Source: an uncultured virus (IMG/VR IMGVR_UViG_3300035698_008855)
Lineage: Duplodnaviria; Heunggongvirae; Uroviricota; Caudoviricetes
IMG/VR virus record: IMGVR_UViG_3300035698_008855
Length of the DNA: 64,000 bases
Reading direction: 5' to 3' (one strand)
Positions 55,043 through 64,000 of this stretch are shown piece after piece; the stretch's first letter is position 1; each line of letters starts with the position of its first letter. Below the pieces are notes generated by a model, which saw only the letters and a list, made by a program, of their open reading frames with translations, had not been told where the DNA came from and searched no databases. Made by a program: the position numbers and the translations under genes.

Positions 55043-56287
55043 ATGAAGCCTAAGTCTAAAGTTCTAACGGGGATTATGGCAGCTACCGCGACGGTAGCTG
55101 TCATAGTCACATCCGTAGTGATGCAGACTCCCAGCACGGTGGATGCAGTACCGGAGCCCGTCAACATACCGAATATACCCGCCGCATTTCCAAACGATTA
55201 CGCTGACGGGTTTGACATCTTGTTTGCGCCGAGTTTTAACCTCGGTAGTAACGCGTTTGTGAACTCGTCTGGTGTCTCGAGTCGAAAGTCTGTAACGTTG
55301 AGCACCCGTACCAACGAATTCGGGTCTTTGTTTGATGTGAACCCCGGAGTAGCTACACCTGAAATATTTAGTGTCTCGAGTCAAAAACAACCAGCAAACT
55401 TTGGTATAGTGCGTGTGGATCGCGCCAAACAAAAGATTCGATACGACAAACGTCAACGTTCTGATCATGCCGTGAAGGTTCGTAGCCGTCGCGGACTACA
55501 TCGGCGTTCAAAGCTGCTCGTACGTTTGAGGTCCGCTCTGAGATCCAACTCAAGGTCAAAGATAGAAGCGGTGTCTGCCGAGGCTGGTATGCCCGTGACG
55601 GTTCGTGATCGAGTCACGCCGACGTATCCCTTCTTTTCAGCGGTCTTTATTCACGGGCCTCATGTTATGACAGCGATGCCCCCCTATTCAGCCCGTCAGA
55701 CGTATAACGTAGATCGTCAATGTGTCATTCTCGATGCAGGCAGAGAAACAGATGCAGCGTCAAAACGTGCCAGCCAGATTGTTGGTATCGTCGATATCGC
55801 TGACCCGGAGTTTGAACAAAATCGATTGATGGAGGTGTTCAAGTACACCTCATTCGAGCATGTTATCGTGGGATGGGGATCGATCAATAACATCGACAAC
55901 AAAGACCTGAGTAGGTACTCGCGGTACGCGAAAGAGGTAAAGCGGATCGTGCAGTGGATAAACCTTCGTTCCCCGAAGACGATGGTTTGGGTAACGGCCT
56001 GCTACGGTACGTGGTCTTACAAGAGATGGATGAACACAGTTGGTAAAGAGGGTGACGGTATTGCCCTATGGGGTCCGAACTTCTTCCCCGCCGTACCACG
56101 TTTCAAGAAGGTTGTCGACAGGGTGAGGGCCGCAGTTGGTGGGCGTCCGGTAATCCTGAGCGGGTTCTTTGGCAAGAAGCACACTGCTAAGAGATCATGG
56201 GGCGATGAGGAAAAGTATAAGCTTGCGGAAGCGGCAGCGAAGAAGGCTGGGTTTGCTGGATTTATCCGAATAGAGTGGCAACCATGA
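55043..56287 (+). CDS. membrane-anchored hypothetical protein, possible alpha/beta-barrel C-terminus
   Basis: N-terminal TM segment; GRPVILSGF...AGFAGF resembles the end of a glycosidase barrel (weak). Confidence 0.6.
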   Translation: MKPKSKVLTGIMAATATVAVIVTSVVMQTPSTVDAVPEPVNIPNIPAAFPNDYADGFDILFAPSFNLGSNAFVNSSGVSSRKSVTLSTRTNEFGSLFDVNPGVATPEIFSVSSQKQPANFGIVRVDRAKQKIRYDKRQRSDHAVKVRSRRGLHRRSKLLVRLRSALRSNSRSKIEAVSAEAGMPVTVRDRVTPTYPFFSAVFIHGPHVMTAMPPYSARQTYNVDRQCVILDAGRETDAASKRASQIVGIVDIADPEFEQNRLMEVFKYTSFEHVIVGWGSINNIDNKDLSRYSRYAKEVKRIVQWINLRSPKTMVWVTACYGTWSYKRWMNTVGKEGDGIALWGPNFFPAVPRFKKVVDRVRAAVGGRPVILSGFFGKKHTAKRSWGDEEKYKLAEAAAKKAGFAGFIRIEWQP

Positions 56288-57093
56288 AACTGATCAGGAT
56301 ACTCCCGTGGCTTCTCATACCGTTGGTCACTCTCGGCTGGCTTCTGTCCAGTCCTCCTGAGGGTCATATTGAGACAGCGGGACACGCTGACGGCGTCGTC
56401 TACGCGTATACGGAGACTGCGGTAGTCAACGTGCTTGGAACGGCACATAATGGCGGCGCCAGTTTGGGGGTGGCGAATGTTCGCGGTATCGTCTACTCCA
56501 TCTACCGATGGAAGGACGTCAACCGCAACCAAGCCGCAGATGCCAACGACGAGCCGATTGGCATTACAACTCTTGACGGTGGGATCAATGATACTGTAGC
56601 AACCATCAACCTGGTGAAGGGGTCATTCTTCTTGTCGACCGGCTTCATCAAAATAGGTACAGAAGTTATCAAGTACACCGGGCGTACCGCAAACCAGCTT
56701 ACGGGCTGTACTCGGGGATACAACGAGACGACGGCAGCATCGCACTTGACGGCTACGACCGTTGAAGCCATTCAGGTATGGGAGCTGATCTTAACGGTGG
56801 TGTGTGACGGGGCGCCTTATGACGTGTTTGGGTGGGACGCCGGGCAGGGCGCTGATGGAGGTACTGAGGGCGATCTTCTTCAACGAGGATCACAGACAGT
56901 CGCGCAGGGCGAATATTGGCTGTGGAAAATTCGAGTGGTTGATGCCAACGGTAACACGAACACTGAAGTAGCCGCCATAGACGTATTTGCCACCTTCGGT
57001 ACAAACGCTTATGTCGGTGCAGATGGAAACGTAGACCTCGGTCTTGAAGATGACGAGGTGTGGCAGTTTCGTGTAAACAAGAGACCCAGGTAA
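56284..57093 (+). CDS. signal-peptide protein with a phage virion-type repeat domain
   Basis: ATGA overlap; TTLDGGI..GFIKIGTEVIKYT..LTGCTRG..TTAASH. Confidence 0.65.
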   Translation: MKLIRILPWLLIPLVTLGWLLSSPPEGHIETAGHADGVVYAYTETAVVNVLGTAHNGGASLGVANVRGIVYSIYRWKDVNRNQAADANDEPIGITTLDGGINDTVATINLVKGSFFLSTGFIKIGTEVIKYTGRTANQLTGCTRGYNETTAASHLTATTVEAIQVWELILTVVCDGAPYDVFGWDAGQGADGGTEGDLLQRGSQTVAQGEYWLWKIRVVDANGNTNTEVAAIDVFATFGTNAYVGADGNVDLGLEDDEVWQFRVNKRPR

Positions 57094-57104
57094 GAGGAGT
57101 ATGC

Positions 57105-57293
57105 ATGATGAAGAACATCGTAAAATACATCAAAGGCCGTAAGACGTATTGCACCGTGATCGCTATCCTGGTTGTTAGCGTCATGAAACGTTATGGGTTC
57201 GATATCCCGACTGAAGCATGGGGGGCTTTGGCTGCTCTCGGGCTCGGCTTCCTTCGCGCAGGTGTGACAAAGGCGGGTAAGACTGAAGGTTGA
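57105..57293 (+). CDS. holin-like small membrane protein
   Basis: GAGGAG RBS; two TM segments; GRKTY..LGLGFLRAGV. Confidence 0.6.
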   Translation: MMKNIVKYIKGRKTYCTVIAILVVSVMKRYGFDIPTEAWGALAALGLGFLRAGVTKAGKTEG

Positions 57294-57379
57294 CTAGGTT
57301 ACGCATTTCGACGAAACTGTAGCTAGAGAGCCGCACCTATGATGTGGCTCTGACCCTGTAGAGAAAGAGAGCCCTGACA

Positions 57380-57655
57380 ATGAGTACCCTTTTTACGAGA
57401 ATCACGAACGAAGCACGCATCGAGAAGCACTATGTATGGATCCCGCCCCACGGCAAGACACTTGCCGTTGGCGCCCACGTTGACGTCATGGGCATCCTTG
57501 AAAGTCAGATTAACATCGGCGAAGGTAAGAGCGCACTGTCTCCTATGGAGATTGCGTTCCGCGCAGACGTTGCTGCGGGTAACGTCACGGTTGAGCACAA
57601 TGTGGCCTACGACAACGGTAGCAGCAGCAGTTCTCTTATCCCGGCTGTCCTATAA
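57380..57655 (+). CDS. small hypothetical protein, paralog of 41872-42084
   Basis: ITN..W.PPHG..LA..G..ES..ADVAA; poly-Ser. Confidence 0.7.
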   Translation: MSTLFTRITNEARIEKHYVWIPPHGKTLAVGAHVDVMGILESQINIGEGKSALSPMEIAFRADVAAGNVTVEHNVAYDNGSSSSSLIPAVL

Positions 57656-57683
57656 CATCGACTGGACTTGAAGGGCGGTACAA

Positions 57684-58493
57684 ATGAGCTTTGCCCAAGA
57701 CTGCATTGATTCGGGAGCCAACCTTAAGACAGTGCCTGTGCTGAATGTAGGGCAGCGCACTGCTGGGGAAGCTTCGCTTATAGTCCGTGATCGTAACGGT
57801 AGCCCTTATGATCTAACCGGCAAGTCTGTTCAGTTCGTCGCTAAAGAGCTGTACACGGACAATGTCGCGTACGTTGATAAGGCAATGACGGTCGTTGACG
57901 CAGCCGAAGGTGAAGTCAAGCTCGTATATGGAGCATCTGATGTTCAATATGCGGGCGCGTGGGTAGCTCAGGCCACAGTACGAAACGGCTCTGGCGTTAA
58001 CGAGTACGTCTACCCGGTCTACCTTTACGTAGGTACATCGCTTGACTCCCTGACCTCGGAACACGTGGGTGTGCCAAATATCTACGAGATCCGACTGGCG
58101 CTGCGGGACACCGAAGACGTTGACAACTATTTGCTCGACGACGTGGAGTTCCGTGACGAGGAGATCATTACGGCTATCCGTTGGCCGATTGATCAGTGGA
58201 ACGAGACATCTCCACCAGTGACGCGTTACACCCCTGCGAGCTTCCCGTGGCGGTATTACTGGATCAGAGCGATCGTTGCACACCTCTTGGAGATCAAGGC
58301 GTATAGCTACCGCCGCAACCGCATGGCGTATCAGATCCAGGGCGGTCACGTAGACGACAAGAACAAAGCCGATGCGTATGAGAAGCGCGCGTCAGAGCTC
58401 ATGGCCGACTGGAAGGACTGGATGATCAACAAGAAACTGTCGATGAACATGTCTAGAGGTTGGGGTTCAATGAGCTCCGGCGTCTATCGATAG
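57684..58493 (+). CDS. putative head-tail adaptor/neck protein with an N-terminal Ig-like domain
   Basis: PYDLTG...AEGEV Ig/BppU-like region; IRxxLRD...NxLLD..EFxDEEI..WNxxxP. Confidence 0.6.
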   Translation: MSFAQDCIDSGANLKTVPVLNVGQRTAGEASLIVRDRNGSPYDLTGKSVQFVAKELYTDNVAYVDKAMTVVDAAEGEVKLVYGASDVQYAGAWVAQATVRNGSGVNEYVYPVYLYVGTSLDSLTSEHVGVPNIYEIRLALRDTEDVDNYLLDDVEFRDEEIITAIRWPIDQWNETSPPVTRYTPASFPWRYYWIRAIVAHLLEIKAYSYRRNRMAYQIQGGHVDDKNKADAYEKRASELMADWKDWMINKKLSMNMSRGWGSMSSGVYR

Positions 58494-58511
58494 TGACCCG
58501 TTACAGAAACG

Positions 58512-59441
58512 GTGAGTGATGTGGACTGTGACGTCTTCAGCAGAGTCAGCGTGGATGCATGGGTTCCAGGCAACTCAGTTGTCTACTGGAGCTTACGCTC
58601 GGACTTCAGCTACACCGGCGACATCCATTTTTACGTAGATCACGCCCGCCCGGGCGGTGATTGGGAATGCCTTAACCCTGAAACCCCCGTCATCAATAGT
58701 TGTGCTTACACCGACTCCACAAAGCGTAACTGGGGTACGCAGAAGCAGAGCTACTACCGTGTCCGTATGATTACACCTCCTGGTGACGCGGAGACCTACC
58801 ACTCGCAGCCACAGTCCATCTTCGGCAATCTTAATCGCAACGACTGGCTCATTCTTCGCGAAACCGCCAGACAGAAGTACCTCGAATACGCGAAGGGCGA
58901 TGGTCAGCTGGGTTGGCTCCTCAAACGTAGGCGTTGGGGCGTTAAGTGCCCTACATGCCTCGACTATGACACGGACGAGCGTACGAACTACAACTGCAAC
59001 CGCTGTCTCGGTACAGGCATCCTGTACGGTTACTTCCCCGCCATCGCGTTGCCTATGTCGATTACCGGCCGGGCGCCGCGCAGGAAGATCACACAAGAAC
59101 AGGTGGGGGTGATGGATCCTAAACAGGTAAAGGGCGAGTGTGTCGCCTATCCCATGCTTGAGACAGAAGACGTATGGGTCGACACGGATACTGGCGAACG
59201 CTTCTTTGTTCAACGTCTTGATATTCAGTCGTCCGTTCGAGGCATGCCCATCAACTACTCTGTGGAGTTGAGGCTTGCTCCGTTCACCCATTTGATTTAC
59301 TCTGTACCCTTGGAAGGGCCGGAGGCAGCGAGTAGCTCGTCCTCGTCCGTGTCTTATAGTAGCGGGCAATCTTCAAGCAGCAGTTCTTGGGCAGTACTTC
59401 AACGCGAGTGGCGACAGGCATTAGCCTCAGATGAATGGTAA
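58512..59441 (+). CDS. putative neck/head-completion protein with Zn motifs
   Basis: RRRWG.KCPTC...CNRCLGTG..GYF; gene order; poly-Ser tail. Confidence 0.55.
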   Translation: MSDVDCDVFSRVSVDAWVPGNSVVYWSLRSDFSYTGDIHFYVDHARPGGDWECLNPETPVINSCAYTDSTKRNWGTQKQSYYRVRMITPPGDAETYHSQPQSIFGNLNRNDWLILRETARQKYLEYAKGDGQLGWLLKRRRWGVKCPTCLDYDTDERTNYNCNRCLGTGILYGYFPAIALPMSITGRAPRRKITQEQVGVMDPKQVKGECVAYPMLETEDVWVDTDTGERFFVQRLDIQSSVRGMPINYSVELRLAPFTHLIYSVPLEGPEAASSSSSSVSYSSGQSSSSSSWAVLQREWRQALASDEW

Positions 59442-59474
59442 AGGTTCTTGCCACGCGTACAGGATGGACATACA

Positions 59475-59660
59475 ATGAGTAAGAAGACTGGCGAGAGGGT
59501 AATGAACCCGACTTACTCAATCTTTGAGTTCGAGCCTAGGGAGGAAGACGTGGAAAAGGCGCTGTATGGCCAACCACCTACGCTTGACGCGGAAGCTAAA
59601 GCCGAGATACAGAAAAGCGTCCGCATGGAATTGGAACGGGAAAGTGGAATAGCTCGATGA
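59475..59660 (+). CDS. small hypothetical protein
   Basis: GGA RBS; ATGA overlap downstream. Confidence 0.45.
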   Translation: MSKKTGERVMNPTYSIFEFEPREEDVEKALYGQPPTLDAEAKAEIQKSVRMELERESGIAR

Positions 59661-60292
59661 GCGACCCAACGTATACGTTTGAACAGATCAGTTCATTTTG
59701 CCAGCAAGGCGTGAAACCACGCTACATCACTGGTGCTATACGTTGGATGCTAATCGCGCATTTTTCAAATGCGGATCATATCGAGCAAGAACACATGAAG
59801 GGCTATATCTGGGATGCAGACGAAACCCAGTCGAAGCTCCTCATCGAATCGACTCACCGATGGAACGTTGTGGCGACGCAACAAAGACCCGCGCTTTTGA
59901 TTAAGCGCAACGAGGTCCGGCCACGCAAGTTGGGACTAGATCACGGCATGACAGCTGGGATCAACAAGACTGGAACAGAGCAGTTCCAGGGCGATACGAA
60001 GACATGTGCCATAGTTGGAAGCCACACGATCTTTTGCATCGGCCAAACAGGAGCTGAGGCGGAAGCTCTCGGGCAGGAAGTCCTGCAAGAGCTGCTCGAA
60101 TTCGGTCCCGTCATTCACCGTGACATTTGCCTGGCGAAGTGGGAAGTGGCCGGAATGGGTGGAATTGGCAAACTCGAGGAATCACGCGAGCACTTTGTGG
60201 TGCCTGTGACGGTTGCTTGGGCTTACTTTAACACCTGGATGCTCCGTCCCGTTGGCCCCTACCTACATAAAATCGTCGTCAACACGGATTAA
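59657..60292 (+). CDS. putative tail terminator/completion protein
   Basis: RPALLIKR motif; directly upstream of the sheath gene. Confidence 0.55.
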   Translation: MSDPTYTFEQISSFCQQGVKPRYITGAIRWMLIAHFSNADHIEQEHMKGYIWDADETQSKLLIESTHRWNVVATQQRPALLIKRNEVRPRKLGLDHGMTAGINKTGTEQFQGDTKTCAIVGSHTIFCIGQTGAEAEALGQEVLQELLEFGPVIHRDICLAKWEVAGMGGIGKLEESREHFVVPVTVAWAYFNTWMLRPVGPYLHKIVVNTD

Positions 60293-60319
60293 TTCTTAGG
60301 AACCTAGGAGGACTGACTT

Positions 60320-63130
60320 ATGCCTAGCTACATTCTTCCGCAGACGCTGGTATATCAGGAGTTCACTGATACACCCACTGCAATCACCGATCCTCTGCGC
60401 GCCTGTATCGTTGGCGCCAAGTACGACCTCTTCAGGTACGACACGGCCGCCGAAAAGGCGCTCACGACCCTCGGGGCGTATGACCCCTCGACGGACACAT
60501 GCTACAGTTGGCCCGGTCGCGCTGCTGGTACCATCGTTGACCAGGACTACACCAAGGTCTACATCGACGACGCGCTCTGCCAGTACTACCACGACCCCGT
60601 GGGGAGCCTCTCGACGATTTCGGCACCCGCAGGCACGCAGCGTAACCGTATCCGCTCTGATACGTTGATCTTCAAGGCTGGTAACACTTACTCTCGCAGC
60701 GCGGCCTTCTACGACCGCGACGTGACGGTTGGCGATATGATTCGCCTGACCAGCACGGCCTGCGGGCGTAACACAGAGCTCCTCACCACCATCATCGGCA
60801 TCGTAGCTGAAGATGTTGCTGACATCATCGCCACCGCTGGAACGGACTCGGGCAACCAGGGTACGCTCGTAGCCTCTAGCAGCGTTTCGCAGACGGCCGG
60901 TACGGTCAACGATGTTTGGGCGGCTGTTGACGCTGCCGCTTACCTTGGCCTTTATGATGGTGATCCCTCGGAAACGTACGTGATCACAGTCACCGAGGCC
61001 TCCGTAGGTGAAGACGCCACATCCGCTGAACTCTCGGTGGTTAGCGCGAGCGGTAATGATGACGTGGCACAGGTCACGCCCGCTCAGTTCAACTCGCCTA
61101 CCACGATTGGTACACGCGGACTGACCGTTACCTTTGATATGTCCGGCGCCGCCGGTGGTAGCTCAAGCTCGAGCTCCGCAAGTGTCACCGATTCTGACGA
61201 CTTTGTGGTCGGTCAGGTTTGGACCGTCGTCGTACAGGAAACCTACACTACAGGTGTCCTGGCTTCTGGTGGAGACTACACTGGACTGGTTGACGACGTC
61301 TACATCATCGAATGCACGACTGGTGGCTATAACGCCCTGACAAAGCCGCAGGTGACTTGCTACAACGCGAGCGGTACCGACGTCAGCGGGCCTACGGCCG
61401 TTACAACCGCTGTGGCCTTCGCAGTAGGTACCCTCGGCGTTACCGCAACACATACTGGCGCGTACATGTGTAAGGGTGACATGTGGACCATCGCCGTCAC
61501 AGCTGAGTCCAGCGGCCCCTTCCGTACACTTACGCTTGCCAATAACCTGCCGGACGAGATGCTCGGCGAGTGCAGTGGTTGGTACGACTCCAACTCAAGC
61601 TCTTCAAGTCTGAGCTCTGCGCCTGGTGATGTAGACATGAAGCTCTACATCAAGAAGGACATCGAAGTCACTGAGACGCGTACAGGCGTTGCGGGCACCT
61701 ACAACTGGACCCAAAGCGCTACGCAGATCTGTCTCGAGGCTGGTGTCACCGCTTACGATTCCACGTGGATCAATGGCACGACGCTGCTTTCGATGACCGT
61801 TATGGGCGGTACGATCTACCCTGAGTACCGTGCTCTTGATCCGACAGGCGCCTCCACACTCGGTAGCCTCTCTGACGTCAGTGAAATCCCCACTGCGCTC
61901 GGCGTGATCGACGTGGATAACCCCATCGCCTACGGCGCTTACAAAGCCGTGAGCAACTCCAATGGTACGGCTGTCAAGTATCTCAACATTGCCGCCGATA
62001 CTACAGCGGGCTGGGCCGCCGCACTCGGTGTCCTCAAGGGCAGCGACGAAGTCTACGGCCTTGTCCCCATGTCTTGGGATGAAGATATTCAGGATCTCTT
62101 TGTAGCACACGTTGCCTCTATGTCGGCTGCTACCGAAGCCAGATGGCGTATGACCTGGCTCTGTACCCCCACGGCGGCAACCTACGTTCTGGTTACGGCG
62201 AATGCCTCTGGCACGACCCAGCTGGCCACGATTGCTGACGACCCCGACGCCGCTGGCACTCAGTACACCCTGCTGACGGGTGTGGACAGTGCTTTCCGCG
62301 ATGTTGTAGTTCGTGCTGGCGATACCGTCCGCTGCAAGTACGCAGGTGACGGATGGTCCGGCGTTAGCTACGAGGAGTACCTGGTCGACAGCGTCGTCAA
62401 TAACGACACCCTGCGACTCTACACAGGTCCTTCCTCGCCGACAGCTGTCCCTTCAAAGATCGAGATCTGGCGTACACGCACGAAAGACGAGCAGGCTACC
62501 TACATCGCCACTAAGAGTGGTGCGTACGCCAGCCGTCGTGTCATCAACGTATGGCCGGACTACCCGATCGTCAGCGGCGTTTCAGTAGCGGGTTACTACC
62601 TCTGTGCTGCGCTGGCCGGTCTGAAGTCCGCCGTGGTTCCGCATCAGGGTCTGACGAACGTTGCCATCACAGGCTTCGACGACATGACTCGTACCATCGA
62701 CTACTTCAACCGCGATCAGCTCAACACGATGGCTGCCGCTGGTACCTGGATCGTGACGCAAGATACGGCCATTGGTACCATCTACACGCGCCATCAGCTG
62801 ACCACGGACTCGACGAGCACCAACACCAAGGAGCTCAGCGTTACGACTAACGTGGATAGCATCAGCTACCTGTTGCAGTCGACTCTCGCGCCTTACATTG
62901 GTCGCGGTAACGTGTCAGAGACGATGATCTCTCTGATCCGCCATGACGTCATCGGTGTCCTCGAGTACTTCGGAGGTGTTGTCTCTTCAGAGCGTCTCGG
63001 GCCGCAGCTTGTTAGCGGCGAGATCAGTACGGTTGAGCAGCATGCTACGCTGCTGGATCGTGTCACGGTTATCGTTAACCTTGAGCTGCCGTACCCGCTC
63101 AACAACATTGAAGTCAAACTGGTTATCTAG
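60320..63130 (+). CDS. contractile tail sheath protein
   Basis: 936 aa; N-terminal P..LVYQEF; C-terminal AALAG..HQGLTN, RHQLTT, ELSV..NVD, LPYPLNNIEVKL. Confidence 0.85.
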   Translation: MPSYILPQTLVYQEFTDTPTAITDPLRACIVGAKYDLFRYDTAAEKALTTLGAYDPSTDTCYSWPGRAAGTIVDQDYTKVYIDDALCQYYHDPVGSLSTISAPAGTQRNRIRSDTLIFKAGNTYSRSAAFYDRDVTVGDMIRLTSTACGRNTELLTTIIGIVAEDVADIIATAGTDSGNQGTLVASSSVSQTAGTVNDVWAAVDAAAYLGLYDGDPSETYVITVTEASVGEDATSAELSVVSASGNDDVAQVTPAQFNSPTTIGTRGLTVTFDMSGAAGGSSSSSSASVTDSDDFVVGQVWTVVVQETYTTGVLASGGDYTGLVDDVYIIECTTGGYNALTKPQVTCYNASGTDVSGPTAVTTAVAFAVGTLGVTATHTGAYMCKGDMWTIAVTAESSGPFRTLTLANNLPDEMLGECSGWYDSNSSSSSLSSAPGDVDMKLYIKKDIEVTETRTGVAGTYNWTQSATQICLEAGVTAYDSTWINGTTLLSMTVMGGTIYPEYRALDPTGASTLGSLSDVSEIPTALGVIDVDNPIAYGAYKAVSNSNGTAVKYLNIAADTTAGWAAALGVLKGSDEVYGLVPMSWDEDIQDLFVAHVASMSAATEARWRMTWLCTPTAATYVLVTANASGTTQLATIADDPDAAGTQYTLLTGVDSAFRDVVVRAGDTVRCKYAGDGWSGVSYEEYLVDSVVNNDTLRLYTGPSSPTAVPSKIEIWRTRTKDEQATYIATKSGAYASRRVINVWPDYPIVSGVSVAGYYLCAALAGLKSAVVPHQGLTNVAITGFDDMTRTIDYFNRDQLNTMAAAGTWIVTQDTAIGTIYTRHQLTTDSTSTNTKELSVTTNVDSISYLLQSTLAPYIGRGNVSETMISLIRHDVIGVLEYFGGVVSSERLGPQLVSGEISTVEQHATLLDRVTVIVNLELPYPLNNIEVKLVI

Positions 63131-63200
63131 GCCCTAAAGGTGGAGCACCCCCTACGCGTTGTGGGGGGTGCGTTCTACCTGTGGAAAAGGAGTAGGAACG

Positions 63201-63719
63201 ATGCCTGCTACAGACATTTTTAATCGTACAAGTGAGATCGGTGCTCCGTACAGATCGGATCAGGCGAAGCTGATTCTTCCCTCCGCCGACGGCGCTGACG
63301 TTACGCTGGTGGTGCAGAATCTCAACGTTCAGTACCAGCAGCAGGTCTCCCGCATCTGGGAGATCGGCAGTAACAAGCAGTACTTCGTTGGTGGCCGCGC
63401 GCAGGGTAACCTGCAGCTGGGTACCGTGATTGGACCGAAGCCTATCAACACCGCGCTTATCGAAAAACTCGGAGATGTTTGCGGGATCACCGCCACTGGT
63501 GTGAACGCCATTAGCTTTGAGATGAGCAATCCGTGCGAAACGATACACGCCGACGTGATTAACCTAGTCTGTTCCGCATGTGTCCTCACCAGCATTGGTT
63601 TCCGCGTGGCTTCTGCTGACATGATCGTCAATCAGGATATGACCGTCATGTTCGCTTACCTAAAGATCGCAGTAACCGGTGGAGTAACTGTCGGTAGCAA
63701 TGATGATGCTGTTCGGTAG
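63201..63719 (+). CDS. tail tube protein
   Basis: Follows the sheath gene; VQNLNVQYQQQVSRIWEIGS; AAGGAG RBS. Confidence 0.7.
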   Translation: MPATDIFNRTSEIGAPYRSDQAKLILPSADGADVTLVVQNLNVQYQQQVSRIWEIGSNKQYFVGGRAQGNLQLGTVIGPKPINTALIEKLGDVCGITATGVNAISFEMSNPCETIHADVINLVCSACVLTSIGFRVASADMIVNQDMTVMFAYLKIAVTGGVTVGSNDDAVR

Positions 63720-63831
63720 CAGCCGGGAGAGGGTACGGTAGAAAGCCATCGGTCTCCGACCTCTCCCTTCGGGAGGGCGACTGTCGCCGCCAGTCGCCTT
63801 CCCACCTCTTACATGGAACTGGAACTGGAAC

Positions 63832-64000
63832 ATGCCTGGACTCTATGGAAACGTAGGGGACACGGATAGCGCGGCAGAGGACCTCGGTCCTGTCGTCGGC
63901 CTTCTTTCCGGTCTCTCAACAGGCGGACCTTCTAACGTTGTATCCGGGCAGATCCTCAACGTCTACCCCGCGATGCAGTGCTACTCTGTTGCCGTAGACA
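63832..64000 (+). CDS. 5' part of a hypothetical (possibly baseplate) protein, 3'-partial
   Basis: Frame open from ATG 63832 to the window end (..GQILNVYPAMQCYSV..). Confidence 0.4.
   Translation, partial: MPGLYGNVGDTDSAAEDLGPVVGLLSGLSTGGPSNVVSGQILNVYPAMQCYSVAVD

Noticed and set aside
108..63631. Minus-strand ORFs (e.g. 14807-15640, 20589-21425, 50699-51481, 58593-59369)
   Set aside because: Antisense shadows of + strand genes with strong codon bias; no motifs or RBS
1..64000. tRNA genes, integrase, terminase, portal, chimallin
   Set aside because: None recognisable by eye; divergent versions among the hypothetical ORFs cannot be excluded

Overview
This is a 64-kb segment of a large, contractile-tailed (myovirus-like, probably jumbo) phage genome, with every credible gene on the + strand. 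1-14.5 kb is an accessory/early region of short genes: radical SAM protein, DUF1281-like protein, RelA/SpoT-type HD hydrolase, DEDDh exonuclease, a lysozyme-like protein with an apparent catalytic Glu>Ala change, a LigD-phosphoesterase/ATP-ligase fusion and a GNAT. At 14.5-18.1 kb lies a self-contained cassette: candidate promoter, Cas7/RAMP-like gene, partner gene, a ~1.6-kb non-coding array and a terminator. The array has 29 GGCCGTC-punctuated units, each built from 5-nt [(G/A/C)(T/C)C-NN] modules, and is the best candidate here for a non-CRISPR RNA-guided system. 18-52 kb holds a tubulin/FtsZ-family protein, a bacterial-type multisubunit RNA polymerase (beta fused to N-terminal beta', with a separate C-terminal beta'), many probable inner-head proteins carrying K-x-A/S motifs, and a putative prohead protease, scaffold, decoration protein and major capsid protein. 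52-64 kb holds membrane/lipoprotein genes, a holin-like gene, neck proteins, tail sheath and tail tube. Five inteins are present; the ligase intein carries its HNH endonuclease in an overlapping +1 frame. All family calls come from motif recognition by eye; no searches were run.
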